From positions 11,383 to 75,382 of the forward strand of contig DVFT01000197.1 in assembly GCA_018713105.1 (NCBI GenBank): a stretch of DNA of 64,000 bases. The letters are read 5' to 3'. Shown here one piece after another: positions 19,062 through 28,193 of this stretch. Positions within the stretch are counted from its first letter, which is position 1. Each line of letters opens with the position of its first letter. Source of the stretch: Candidatus Limivivens merdigallinarum. Its GTDB lineage: Bacteria; Bacillota; Clostridia; Lachnospirales; Lachnospiraceae. The position numbers and the translations under genes were made by a program. Below the pieces are notes generated by a model. The model was given only the letters and a program-made list of their open reading frames with translations. It did no database searches and was not told the origin of the DNA.

Positions 19062-19667
19062 ATGACCGGGATTGCCGGATTATTTACTCCCTTGCTGGCA
19101 CACATGCTCGTCCTCCAGCTGGTGGCGCTTCTATGCTCCTCCTGGATGGACGCCGCTTCCATGACGACACTGGCAGCGCTGATCTTATGCCTGCCCATGT
19201 ACAGGCAGGTAAAAAAAGAAGATCCGCAATCAAAAATCAAAAACATCCCATCCCTCCTGATTCCATTTGTGCTTGGCGTGGCAGGAAATCTTTTGGGAAG
19301 CTGGCTGATGGATGCAGCGGGTATGTACGATAACTTTTCCAATGCCAGCCAGGAAGCGCTTTACGACAGCAGCCTCTGGATTCAGATCGCAGGGCTTGGA
19401 ATCCTGGTCCCCATCACCGAGGAGTTGATCTTTCGGGGACTGATCGAACGGAGAGCTTCCAAAAGATGGGGGGCGGCAGCGGGAATCTTTTTGAGTGCGG
19501 CTTTGTTTTCCGTCTACCATGGGAATATGATCCAAATGGTCTATGCATTTCCGATGGGGCTTCTGTTGGGATGGAGCTATTGGAAATGGGACAATCTGAC
19601 AGCGCCCATCCTGCTCCATGTGGGCGCCAATCTCTGCGGAGTTGTGATGCAGTTTCTGCATCCTTAA
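19062..19667 (+). CDS. CPBP (CAAX/Abi) intramembrane metalloprotease
   Basis: EELIFRG, FSVYH, HVGAN motifs; multiple TM segments. Confidence 0.9.
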   Translation: MTGIAGLFTPLLAHMLVLQLVALLCSSWMDAASMTTLAALILCLPMYRQVKKEDPQSKIKNIPSLLIPFVLGVAGNLLGSWLMDAAGMYDNFSNASQEALYDSSLWIQIAGLGILVPITEELIFRGLIERRASKRWGAAAGIFLSAALFSVYHGNMIQMVYAFPMGLLLGWSYWKWDNLTAPILLHVGANLCGVVMQFLHP

Positions 19668-19678
19668 GGACAGTTGGG

Positions 19679-20041
19679 CTATTCGGTAATGTGGTTCATG
19701 CCCTGGCTTAAGATGCTGTAAACATGTTCATCCAGAAGGGAATAGAATACGGTTTTCCCATCCCGGCGGAATTTGATAAGGCGGCTCTGTTTGAGAATGC
19801 GCAGCTGATGGGAGATAGCGCTCTGGGTCATATTCAGAAGCTGTGCCAGGTCGCAGACGCACATTTCATGCTCCATCAGGACATATAGGATCTTGATGCG
19901 GGTGGGATCGGCAAATATTTTGAAAAGCTCAGCGAGGCTGTACAGCTGTTCGCCTGGCGGCATGGATGCCTCCACCGCCTTGATGGTCTCAGGATGTGCG
20001 TGGATAAATTCACAACGGGGAGCTTCGTCATTTCTGTTCAT
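19679..20041 (-). CDS. ArsR/SmtB family metal-sensing regulator
   Basis: FKIFADPTRIKIL, EMCVCDLA, SAISHQLRIL, alpha5-type DEHV...H. Confidence 0.92.
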   Translation of the reverse strand: MNRNDEAPRCEFIHAHPETIKAVEASMPPGEQLYSLAELFKIFADPTRIKILYVLMEHEMCVCDLAQLLNMTQSAISHQLRILKQSRLIKFRRDGKTVFYSLLDEHVYSILSQGMNHITE

Positions 20042-20146
20042 GGATCAGGACCTCCTTCTTGCTGTCTCTTAAATTTCGGTATTAATGAAATTATAATCAA
20101 TCAGCCGGAGTTTGTAAAGCAAGGATATGAGAGGAGAAAAGTGCAG

Positions 20147-21136
20147 ATGAAAGCAGCAGATATGCATTGCGATACCATAGGACGTCTCTATCAGGCGGCA
20201 AAACGGGGAGAGGAGGCCAAGCTTCGGGAGAACGATTTCCATCTGGATTTGATGAAAATGGCAAAGGGAGATTATCTCCTCCAGAATTTCGCCATGTTCG
20301 TCCCTTTAAATGAGACAGAGAATCCGTTTGAGACGGCGATGGAGATGATCGACCTGTACTATGAGGAGCTTAAGAAGAACCAGGATCTCATTTGCCCGGT
20401 CTATTCCTTTCAGGATATTGTGGACAATCAGGCAAACGGGAAGATGAGTGCCATGCTGACCCTGGAGGAGGGACAGGTGATCAACGGAAAGCTGTCCCTT
20501 TTAAGGGATTTTTACCGAATTGGCGTGCGTATGATGACATTGACGTGGAATTTCGGGAATATGCTGGGAGAACCGAATCTGATCATGGATGGGGAGAAGC
20601 CCCTGTTTCATGAACGGAATCCCAAAGGGCTGACGCCGCTTGGAATCGAGGCGGTCCAGGAGATGGAGCGGATCGGCATCATCGTAGATGTCTCCCATCT
20701 TTCGGACGGCGGCTTTTGGGATGTCTTCCGCCATACAAAAAAGCCGTTTGTGGCAAGCCATTCCAATGCTTATGCACTCTGCCCGGTCTGCCGGAACCTG
20801 ACAGACGATATGATTCAGGCTCTGGGAGACCGGGGCGGGGTTATGGGACTGAATTATCTGGATGAATTTCTGACAGAAGCATATCAGACGGTTTCGGAGG
20901 AGGAATTGCTGGAGATCATGGCAGACCATGTGCTCCACATGAGAGACGTGGGAGGGATTGAGGTGTGTGCCCTGGGAAGCGATTACGACGGCATAGCCGG
21001 CAACAAGGCGCTGCCGGACGGATCTTACATGGAACGTCTGTGGGAAAAGCTGAGGCAAAGAGGGCTTTCAGAGAATGAGCTGGAGAAAGTGTTTTTCAGG
21101 AACGTGCTGAGGGTTTACCGGGAAATCCTTGGCTGA
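20147..21136 (+). CDS. Membrane dipeptidase family (M19)
   Basis: DMHCD, LTLEEG, LTWN, DVSHLSD, ASHSN, RNLTD, GSDYDG; RBS GAGGAG. Confidence 0.92.
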   Translation: MKAADMHCDTIGRLYQAAKRGEEAKLRENDFHLDLMKMAKGDYLLQNFAMFVPLNETENPFETAMEMIDLYYEELKKNQDLICPVYSFQDIVDNQANGKMSAMLTLEEGQVINGKLSLLRDFYRIGVRMMTLTWNFGNMLGEPNLIMDGEKPLFHERNPKGLTPLGIEAVQEMERIGIIVDVSHLSDGGFWDVFRHTKKPFVASHSNAYALCPVCRNLTDDMIQALGDRGGVMGLNYLDEFLTEAYQTVSEEELLEIMADHVLHMRDVGGIEVCALGSDYDGIAGNKALPDGSYMERLWEKLRQRGLSENELEKVFFRNVLRVYREILG

Positions 21137-21185
21137 GCCCACAAAAAGGAAACCCAAACGGAACGAGACGCTGCACTAGAAAAGA

Positions 21186-21237
21186 AAAGCGGAAAAAGAA
21201 GCGGGATCATGGATGTGTCCGCTTCTTTTTCCGCTTT
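21186..21237. terminator. Bidirectional terminator, 19-bp perfect inverted repeat
   Basis: AAAGCGGAAAAAGAAGCGG ... CCGCTTCTTTTTCCGCTTT between convergent genes. Confidence 0.8.
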
Positions 21238-21280
21238 CAGCAGTTGATAGGACTCCTATGTTTCTTGGAAAATGCTGCTC

Positions 21281-22243
21281 TCAGACGGAGAAGTCCTCCT
21301 TCACAAACGGAATCTCAAAGGTTCCCATCACGTCTTTTAAGTTGTCCACATTTCTGGGACCATAGAGGGGAAGGCAGGCGAAATCCTGGCAGGTGAAGAA
21401 GCCCAGGACCACCTGGGAGACGGTGGCATGGTATTTCTCCATCAGTTCCCTGACGCGCTCTGCCATCCGAAGATTCCCCTCGGTACAGTAAGGAGAATCC
21501 TTTACGGCATCCCTGCCCTTGCTCACATACTGGTGGAAGAAGCCGCTGCATACTCCCATGTAGGGCATCGCCAGATTTCTTGGGTTCTGTCTGTGGTAAT
21601 CCTGCATTCCGCCGTCCATGGCAAGCATGGTATCGTCGTCCAGAGGATTCATATAGCGGTATCCCAGGTTGTAGAGCGCCTGATTGGCGGCGAAGCTCCG
21701 ATAGCCCTTTTGGCTGCAGTAAGCATCTGCCTCTTTCATCCGGTCCGTGGACCAGTTGGAACAGCCGTAGTAACGGATCTTGCCTTCCTTGACGAACTCC
21801 TCCATGGTATCGATCAGCTCCGGAACCGGGATCTTCTCGTCATCCCGGTGGTAGAAGTAGAGGTCGATACAGTCGGTTCGGAGTGCCTTCAGGGAAAGCT
21901 CCAGATCATGGCGCATGGAAGCACGGTCCACCCGGCTTTGGTGGAGATCCACCGGATCAGCCAGCATGTCCGGGTGGCCGCCCTTTGTAATAATGATTGC
22001 CTGGTTTCTCTTGCCGCTGCGGGAGAGCCAGTCGCCAAGGACGCGCTCACTCCGTCCCACTTCACCGGGAACCCAGTCGGAATAAACCCTGGCGGTATCG
22101 TAGACGTTTCCGCCCAGATCCAGGAAGGCGTCGAACAGGTAATCCGCATCTTTTCCGTCCCACTTAAGCCCGGCACTGGCAAGTCCGAGTCCCAGCGGGG
22201 AGAGAGTTAGCTCTGTATCGGGAATGGTAATCTGTTTTTTCAT
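21281..22243 (-). CDS. Aldo/keto reductase (divergent from lacI)
   Basis: DTARVY, TKGGHP, SLKAL-TDCIDLYFYHRD, GCSNW. Start MKKQITI with RBS AAAGGA; promoter TTGTCC-17-TATAGT at 22320-22292. Confidence 0.9.
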   Translation of the reverse strand: MKKQITIPDTELTLSPLGLGLASAGLKWDGKDADYLFDAFLDLGGNVYDTARVYSDWVPGEVGRSERVLGDWLSRSGKRNQAIIITKGGHPDMLADPVDLHQSRVDRASMRHDLELSLKALRTDCIDLYFYHRDDEKIPVPELIDTMEEFVKEGKIRYYGCSNWSTDRMKEADAYCSQKGYRSFAANQALYNLGYRYMNPLDDDTMLAMDGGMQDYHRQNPRNLAMPYMGVCSGFFHQYVSKGRDAVKDSPYCTEGNLRMAERVRELMEKYHATVSQVVLGFFTCQDFACLPLYGPRNVDNLKDVMGTFEIPFVKEDFSV

Positions 22244-22391
22244 AATCCTGATTTCCTTTCGTTGTAGTCTCTGCTGTCTGGCATTACCACTACTATAGCA
22301 AGCTTTTGGAAAAAGGACAAGAGAAAAGTCGCAAGCTCCCGCGCAAAGGGAACGGTTCAGCAAAGTTTTCCAGATCAATGGGAAGTAATCC

Positions 22392-22447
22392 TTGACAGAA
22401 GACGGTAAGGGTGGTATGCTGAGTACAGCTAGAGCGAAACGGTTCGC
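22392..22447 (+). promoter_or_regulatory. lacI promoter and LacI-type operator
   Basis: TTGACA-17-TATGCT (TG-extended) followed by near-palindrome GCGAAACGGTTCGC at 22434-22447. Confidence 0.75.
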
Positions 22448-22467
22448 TCTCCGGAAGGAGGGGTTAT

Positions 22468-23484
22468 TTGGCAGCGACAATCAGAGATATCAAACGGATG
22501 ACGGGGCTTTCCCTTGCAACGGTATCGAAATATCTGAACGGCGGCAATGTGCTTCCCGAGAACAAGGCTGCCATCGAGCATGCCATTGAGGTACTGCATT
22601 ATGAAGTGAACGAGGTGGCGAGGGGACTGGCAACCAACCGGACGAAAACCATTGGGGTGCTGATTCAGAGACTGGACAATCTTTTCTCCAGTACGATCAT
22701 CTCGAAGATTGAGGACATCTTGAGAGGCCATGGCTATGGAACCATCATCTGTGACTGCAAAGGGGAGGAGAAGCTGGAGGAGGAATCCATCCGTTTTCTC
22801 CTTAGCAAGAGAGTGGACGGGATCATCACGCTACCCACTGCCACTTCATCCGGATATCTGGAGCGGGCGTTGGTGAGGGATATCCCGGTGGTCCTGATCG
22901 ACCGGGTATTTGAAGACAAGGAGTGGGACAGCATCCAGGTGGACAATGAAGAGGGTGGGAAAATGGCTGTGCAGAAGCTGATTGAGAACGGTCATACCAA
23001 AATCGCCATTGTCTGCGGGGATGAGCAGTATTATACGGCAAAGAAGAGGCTGAAAGGGTATTTCGACGCGCTGGAGGAGGCGGATCTTCCCGTGTATTCC
23101 AAATATATCAAGAGAGGACCTCTTGAGACCTCCCATGGATTCCAGTCTGTGGTAGAGCTGATGGAGATGGAGGATCCGCCCACGGCGGTCTTTCTGTCCA
23201 ACTACGAGATCACCCTCGGGGCGATGCTTGCCATCAACGAGCGGGACATTCAGGTGCCGGAGGATCTTTCCGTGGTGGGCTTTGACAATATGCTCCTGGC
23301 GCAGGTGGTGAAGCCAAAGCTGTGGATGGTGGTACAGCCTATGGAGGAGATCGCCAGGGAAGCGGCAGAGCTGATGCTTCGCAAGCTGGACGGCGGTACG
23401 GAGGAAGGGCAGATCACGAAGGTGGTTCTGCACACCAGCCTGACGGAAGGGGCTTCCATAAAGAAAATCGGGAAGCTGACCTGA
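22468..23484 (+). CDS. LacI family transcriptional regulator
   Basis: TIRDI-SLATVSKYLN HTH, ARGL hinge, VPEDLSVVGFD. Confidence 0.95.
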   Translation: MAATIRDIKRMTGLSLATVSKYLNGGNVLPENKAAIEHAIEVLHYEVNEVARGLATNRTKTIGVLIQRLDNLFSSTIISKIEDILRGHGYGTIICDCKGEEKLEEESIRFLLSKRVDGIITLPTATSSGYLERALVRDIPVVLIDRVFEDKEWDSIQVDNEEGGKMAVQKLIENGHTKIAIVCGDEQYYTAKKRLKGYFDALEEADLPVYSKYIKRGPLETSHGFQSVVELMEMEDPPTAVFLSNYEITLGAMLAINERDIQVPEDLSVVGFDNMLLAQVVKPKLWMVVQPMEEIAREAAELMLRKLDGGTEEGQITKVVLHTSLTEGASIKKIGKLT

Positions 23485-23536
23485 ATCCCGCGCCAGGACC
23501 CGCAGAGCGGGTCTTGAATTTAAATTTTACATTGAA

Positions 23537-23550
23537 ACGAACCGGTTCGC
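23537..23550. promoter_or_regulatory. LacI-type operator before the kinase gene
   Basis: Perfect 12-bp palindrome CGAACCGGTTCG, matching the 22434 site. Confidence 0.75.
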
Positions 23551-23571
23551 ATATGAAAAAGGAGGACACTT

Positions 23572-25059
23572 ATGGAAAAGACGTTACTGGGGATTGATAT
23601 CGGGACCTCTGCCTGCAAGGTGGCGCTGTTCAACCGGAAGGGCAAGGTACTCGCGCAGTCCAATCAGCCCTACCAAGTCTATTATCCCCATCCGGGCTGG
23701 GTGGAACAGGATCCGGAGGAATGGTGGAAGGCGATCTGTGACGGGATCCGGGACTGCCTGACAAAAAGCGGTGTGGATCCGAAGAATATCCAGGGAATCG
23801 GGATCGACGGTCAGAGCTGGTCGGCGATCCCTGTGGACAGGGATGGCAGATGCCTTTCCAATACGCCCATCTGGATGGATACCAGGGCGCGAGATCTGTG
23901 TGAAGAGGTGAAGGAAAGGCTGGGATTTGAGAGAATTTTCCAGGTGGCTGGGAATGATTTCCTGCCCTCCTATTCCACGCCCAAGATGCTGTGGTTCCAG
24001 AAGGAGAGACCTGAGATTTTTGAAAAAACGGACAAATTTCTCCAGAGCAACGGTTACATCGTCATGAAACTGACCGGAGAGCTATCCCAGGATATGTCCC
24101 AGGGATACGGGATCCATTTCTTCGATATGAAGCAGAGAACCTATGACGAGACCCTTGCCAGTGATCTGGGGCTTTCCGTGGACCTGGCGCCGAAGATTTA
24201 TGAATGCCACCAGGTGGTTGGAGAGGTGACGGAGGCAGCGGCGAGGGAAACCGGGCTGGCTCCTGGAACCAAGGTGGTGGCAGGCGGGCTGGATGCAGCC
24301 TGCGGGGCTTTGGGAGCTGGCGTCTATCAGAATGGTCAGACCCAGGAGCAGGGAGGTCAGGCAGGAGGGATGAGCATCTGTCTTGACCAGGCAAAAGCGC
24401 ACTCGAAGCTGATCTTAAGCCCCCATGTGGTACCTGACCACTGGCTTCTCCAGGGAGGAAGCGTGGGAGGCGGCGGAGTGCTCCGATGGTTCCGGGAGCA
24501 GTTCGGGGAAGGTCAGACCTTTGACCAGCTGACCGCGCCCGCGGAACAGATACCGGCGGGAAGCGAGGGCGTCGTATTCCTTCCCTACATGTCGGGAGAA
24601 CGCTCCCCCATCTGGGATCCCGATGCCAAAGGCGTTTTCTATGGGCTGTCCTTTGATAAGACAAAAGCGCATATGGTGAGGGCAGCCATGGAAGGCGTGG
24701 CATATTCCCTGGAGCACAATCTGCGGACCGCTAGGGAAGCCGGAGTAGAGGTGGAAGAGCTGATCGCCATGGGAGGAGCTTCCAACAGCATCCTCTGGAC
24801 ACAGATCAAGGCGGATGTGACGGGCAAGACCATCAAGGTGCCTACCTCCGATACGGCGACTACCTTGGGAGCCTGTATTTTGGCTGGAGTGGGAACCGGG
24901 ATGTATGGAAGCTTCAAGGAGGCGGTGGAGGAGACCATCGTCATCACCAGGGAGCAGACGCCCGATCCGGACAACCACAGGGCGTATCAGACGTCCATGG
25001 AGCTGTATCTGGAGCTCTACGAGGACTTGAAGGGCACCTTCCGGAAATTCGCATCATGA
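23572..25059 (+). CDS. FGGY carbohydrate kinase (xylulokinase-like)
   Basis: GIDIGTS, VEQDPEEWW, WMDTR, FLPYMSGERSPIWD, RAAMEGV. Confidence 0.92.
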   Translation: MEKTLLGIDIGTSACKVALFNRKGKVLAQSNQPYQVYYPHPGWVEQDPEEWWKAICDGIRDCLTKSGVDPKNIQGIGIDGQSWSAIPVDRDGRCLSNTPIWMDTRARDLCEEVKERLGFERIFQVAGNDFLPSYSTPKMLWFQKERPEIFEKTDKFLQSNGYIVMKLTGELSQDMSQGYGIHFFDMKQRTYDETLASDLGLSVDLAPKIYECHQVVGEVTEAAARETGLAPGTKVVAGGLDAACGALGAGVYQNGQTQEQGGQAGGMSICLDQAKAHSKLILSPHVVPDHWLLQGGSVGGGGVLRWFREQFGEGQTFDQLTAPAEQIPAGSEGVVFLPYMSGERSPIWDPDAKGVFYGLSFDKTKAHMVRAAMEGVAYSLEHNLRTAREAGVEVEELIAMGGASNSILWTQIKADVTGKTIKVPTSDTATTLGACILAGVGTGMYGSFKEAVEETIVITREQTPDPDNHRAYQTSMELYLELYEDLKGTFRKFAS

Positions 25060-25161
25060 TTTCAGGAGCAGATGCACCAACGTAACGGTTCAACAAGGCG
25101 GAACGGTTGCGCACCAACAGGTATCTGGTTCTGTATATAAAAAAAGAAAGAGGTTGAGGAC

Positions 25162-26211
25162 ATGAAAGCAGGAGTTGTACATGCAAAGAACGATATCCGC
25201 TATGAGGAGATCGAAAAGCCCAAGGCTTTGCCGGGGAAAATCGTCATCAAGGTAAAGTATACCGGGATCTGCGGTTCCGACATCCCCAGAGTGAACGGCG
25301 ATGCCTGCCATTTCTACCCCAATGTGCTGGGACATGAATTTTCCGGCGTAGTGGAGGAAGTGGGCGAAGAAGTAAAAAGCTTCAAGGTGGGGGATCGCGT
25401 ATCAGGCGTGCCGCTGATCCCCTGTATGGAGTGTGAGGACTGCCAGAAGGGAAATTATTCCCTGTGCAAGCACTACAGCTTTATCGGATCCAGAGAATTC
25501 GGAAGCTTCGCGGAATATGTGATGGTTCCCGAGAAAAACGCGGTGAAATTTGATGAAGAGGTTACCTTTGAGCAGGGTGCCTTCTTTGAACCGGCGACTG
25601 TGGCACTCCACGGGCTTTTGAGAAACAACTATCAGGGCGGAAAGACTGTGGCGATCCTGGGAGGCGGCACCGTGGGAATGTTCACCATGCAGTGGGCAAA
25701 GATCTTCGGGGCGGCAAAGGTCGTGGTATTCGACATTGTGAAGGAGCGTCTGGATCTTGCTATGCGCCTGGGGGCGACGGCAGCGGTCAACACCCTGGAT
25801 GAAGACTTTGAGGATCAGGTCAAAGAACTGACCGGCGGCAGAGGCTTCGACTACATCTATGAGACCGCAGGAAATACCGTTACCATGAAAATGGCATTCC
25901 ACCTGGCGGCAAACAAAGCGGAGGTCTGCTTTATCGGAACTCCCACCAAGGAGCTGACCTTTACGGTTCCCGAATGGGAGAATATCAACCGCAAGGAATT
26001 CAAACTTACCGGCTCCTGGATGTCCTACAGCGCGCCGTTCCCTGGAAAGGAATGGGAATTGACTGCTTATTACTTCAAGACCGGACAGCTGAAATTTGAC
26101 GATTCCTTTATTTATAAAAAAATCCCCTTAAGCCGGATCGCCGAGGCGTTCGAGATGTTCAAGACGCCGGGTCTGGTAAAAGGAAAAATTCTGATCGACA
26201 GTGAAAAATAG
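25162..26211 (+). CDS. Zn-dependent polyol dehydrogenase (GatD/sorbitol-DH-like)
   Basis: GICGSD, GHE, C-x2-C-x2-C-x7-C, GGGTVG, Asp at VVFDI (NAD type). Confidence 0.92.
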   Translation: MKAGVVHAKNDIRYEEIEKPKALPGKIVIKVKYTGICGSDIPRVNGDACHFYPNVLGHEFSGVVEEVGEEVKSFKVGDRVSGVPLIPCMECEDCQKGNYSLCKHYSFIGSREFGSFAEYVMVPEKNAVKFDEEVTFEQGAFFEPATVALHGLLRNNYQGGKTVAILGGGTVGMFTMQWAKIFGAAKVVVFDIVKERLDLAMRLGATAAVNTLDEDFEDQVKELTGGRGFDYIYETAGNTVTMKMAFHLAANKAEVCFIGTPTKELTFTVPEWENINRKEFKLTGSWMSYSAPFPGKEWELTAYYFKTGQLKFDDSFIYKKIPLSRIAEAFEMFKTPGLVKGKILIDSEK

Positions 26212-26220
26212 GAGGTTGTT

Positions 26221-27225
26221 ATGACAAAGATTGATGTGACGAAGATCCCCAAAAAGCGGCTGTACACCGGCGAAGAGATTCCCTGCATCGGGCTTGGAAC
26301 CTTTGGTTCTGACCGTTTTTCCTCAGAAGAGGTGAGCAATGCGGTGGCAGGGGCGATCCGGGCAGGATACCGGATGATCGACTGTGCCGCCTGCTATGGC
26401 AACGAAGCCGAGATCGGCGAGGTATTCCGTCAGGTGATGGAAGAGGGAACGGTGGAGAGGAAAGATCTCTTCGTGATGACAAAGGTCTGGAATGACATGC
26501 ACGGCGACGGGGATGTCCTGATCGCCCTGGCAAAGAGCCTAAAGGATCTGAAGCTGGATTATGTGGATCTGTATTTCCTCCACTGGCCGTTCCCCAACTA
26601 TCATGCACCGGGATGTGATGTGGATTCCAGAAATCCGGATTCCAAGCCGTTTACCGTGGAGCGTTTCATGAAGACCTGGCGGCAGATGGAACGGCTGGTA
26701 GATCTGGGGCTTGCCCGAAATATCGGAATGTCCAATATGACCATCCCGAAGCTTGAGGCGGTGCTCCCGCTCTTAAGGATCAAGCCGGTGGCGTGTGAGA
26801 TCGAGCTGCACCCCTGCTTCCAGCAGCAGGAGCTGTTCGACTATCTGGTAGCCCATGACATTCAGCCCGTCGGCTATATGCCCATCGGTTCTCCGAGAAG
26901 ACCGGAGAGGGATATGATGCCGGAGGACATTGCGGATTTGGAGATGCCAAAGCTTCAGGCTGTGGCAAAGGCGCACGGAATCTCACCAGCCACTGCGTCC
27001 ATCAAGTGGGCAGTCCAGAGAGGTCAGATTCCCATTCCGTTCTCCCTTCATCATTATACGGAGAATCTAGAGTGCGTGACCACAGAACCTCTCACAGAGG
27101 AGGAGATGGCGTCCATCGCGACCCTGGAGAGAGGCAACCGTCTGGTAAAAGGACAGGTATTCCTCTGGCCGGGGGCAAAGGATTGGCACGACCTCTGGGA
27201 TGAAGACGGCGTGATCGTAAAGTAG
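26221..27225 (+). CDS. Aldo/keto reductase, aldose-reductase-like
   Basis: GLGT, DCAACYGNE, TKVWN, DLYFLHWP, IGMSN, EIELHP. Confidence 0.92.
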   Translation: MTKIDVTKIPKKRLYTGEEIPCIGLGTFGSDRFSSEEVSNAVAGAIRAGYRMIDCAACYGNEAEIGEVFRQVMEEGTVERKDLFVMTKVWNDMHGDGDVLIALAKSLKDLKLDYVDLYFLHWPFPNYHAPGCDVDSRNPDSKPFTVERFMKTWRQMERLVDLGLARNIGMSNMTIPKLEAVLPLLRIKPVACEIELHPCFQQQELFDYLVAHDIQPVGYMPIGSPRRPERDMMPEDIADLEMPKLQAVAKAHGISPATASIKWAVQRGQIPIPFSLHHYTENLECVTTEPLTEEEMASIATLERGNRLVKGQVFLWPGAKDWHDLWDEDGVIVK

Positions 27226-27359
27226 AAACACGCTTTGGAAAGCGGTAAGTGTAATTTGCGGCGCAGTAAAAGCCGCAGAGGCAGCAGGAATCGAAGGCGG
27301 TTTGGAGTGTCAGGGCTTCAGCCGCCTTTCTCTCTATAGAAAAGGAGTGGCAGGAAACG

Positions 27360-28193
27360 ATGCAGAATCAGAAAGCAGAGTCCCTGGTCATCGTCCGCGG
27401 AGGCGGAGACCTGGCGACAGGGACGATCCAGAAGCTTTACAACGCAGGATTTCCAGTATGGGTGCTGGAATGCAGCCAGCCTACGGCGATCCGAAGAAAA
27501 GTAGCATTCTCTGAGGCAGTCTATGACGGGGAAGCGACCGTGGAGGGAATCCGTGCCGTCCGGGTGGAAGACCGGGAGCAGGCAGCAAAAGAAGCGGAAC
27601 AAGGAAACATTCCCGTTTTGATTGACGGAGAAGCACGGATTTTGCAAAAGGTCCGCCCCCATGTCCTGGTGGATGCCATTTTGGCAAAGCGGAACCTGGG
27701 GACCAGGCGGGATATGGCAGAGATCACCATCGCCCTGGGACCTGGCTTTCGGGCAGGAGAGGATGTGGATCTGGTGGTGGAGACCAAGAGGGGACACCAG
27801 CTGGGGCGCCTGATCTGGGAGGGAGAAGCCCTTCCGAATACCGGGATCCCGGGTGTGATCGGAGGCTACGGGAAAGAGAGGGTGATTCATGCCCCGGCGG
27901 AAGGCTGCCTTCACGTGGAACGTGAGATCGGAAGCCTGGTACAGAAAGGAGAAAGGCTTGCTGTGATCTCCGGGAAAGAAGGGGAGACGGAAGTCGATTC
28001 TCCCTTGGAAGGCGTCCTTCGGGGAATCCTTCGGGACGGATTCTGGGTGCCGAAGGGGATGAAGCTGGCAGACGTGGATCCCAGGAAAGAGGAGCAGGCG
28101 AACTGCTTTACCGTTTCCGATAAAGCCAGGTGCATTGCGGGAGGCGTGCTGGAGGGGATCCTGGCACTGGAAAATAGGAGGGGAAAAAGATGA
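27360..28193 (+). CDS. yqeB: Selenium-dependent molybdenum hydroxylase accessory protein YqeB
   Basis: RGGGDLATG, AIRRKVAF, VDAILAKRN, ETKRGH-LG, DVDPR, SDKAR-IAGGVLE. Confidence 0.92.
   Translation: MQNQKAESLVIVRGGGDLATGTIQKLYNAGFPVWVLECSQPTAIRRKVAFSEAVYDGEATVEGIRAVRVEDREQAAKEAEQGNIPVLIDGEARILQKVRPHVLVDAILAKRNLGTRRDMAEITIALGPGFRAGEDVDLVVETKRGHQLGRLIWEGEALPNTGIPGVIGGYGKERVIHAPAEGCLHVEREIGSLVQKGERLAVISGKEGETEVDSPLEGVLRGILRDGFWVPKGMKLADVDPRKEEQANCFTVSDKARCIAGGVLEGILALENRRGKR

Noticed and set aside
19062-19667. CPBP protease as part of the kinase/Ig module or as a bacteriocin immunity gene
   Set aside because: It has its own SigA promoter and no bacteriocin peptide is nearby; linkage is unsupported.
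27230-27355. Moco/Wco riboswitch upstream of yqeB
   Set aside because: Hairpins are present but the conserved motif elements were not recognised; an Infernal search is needed.
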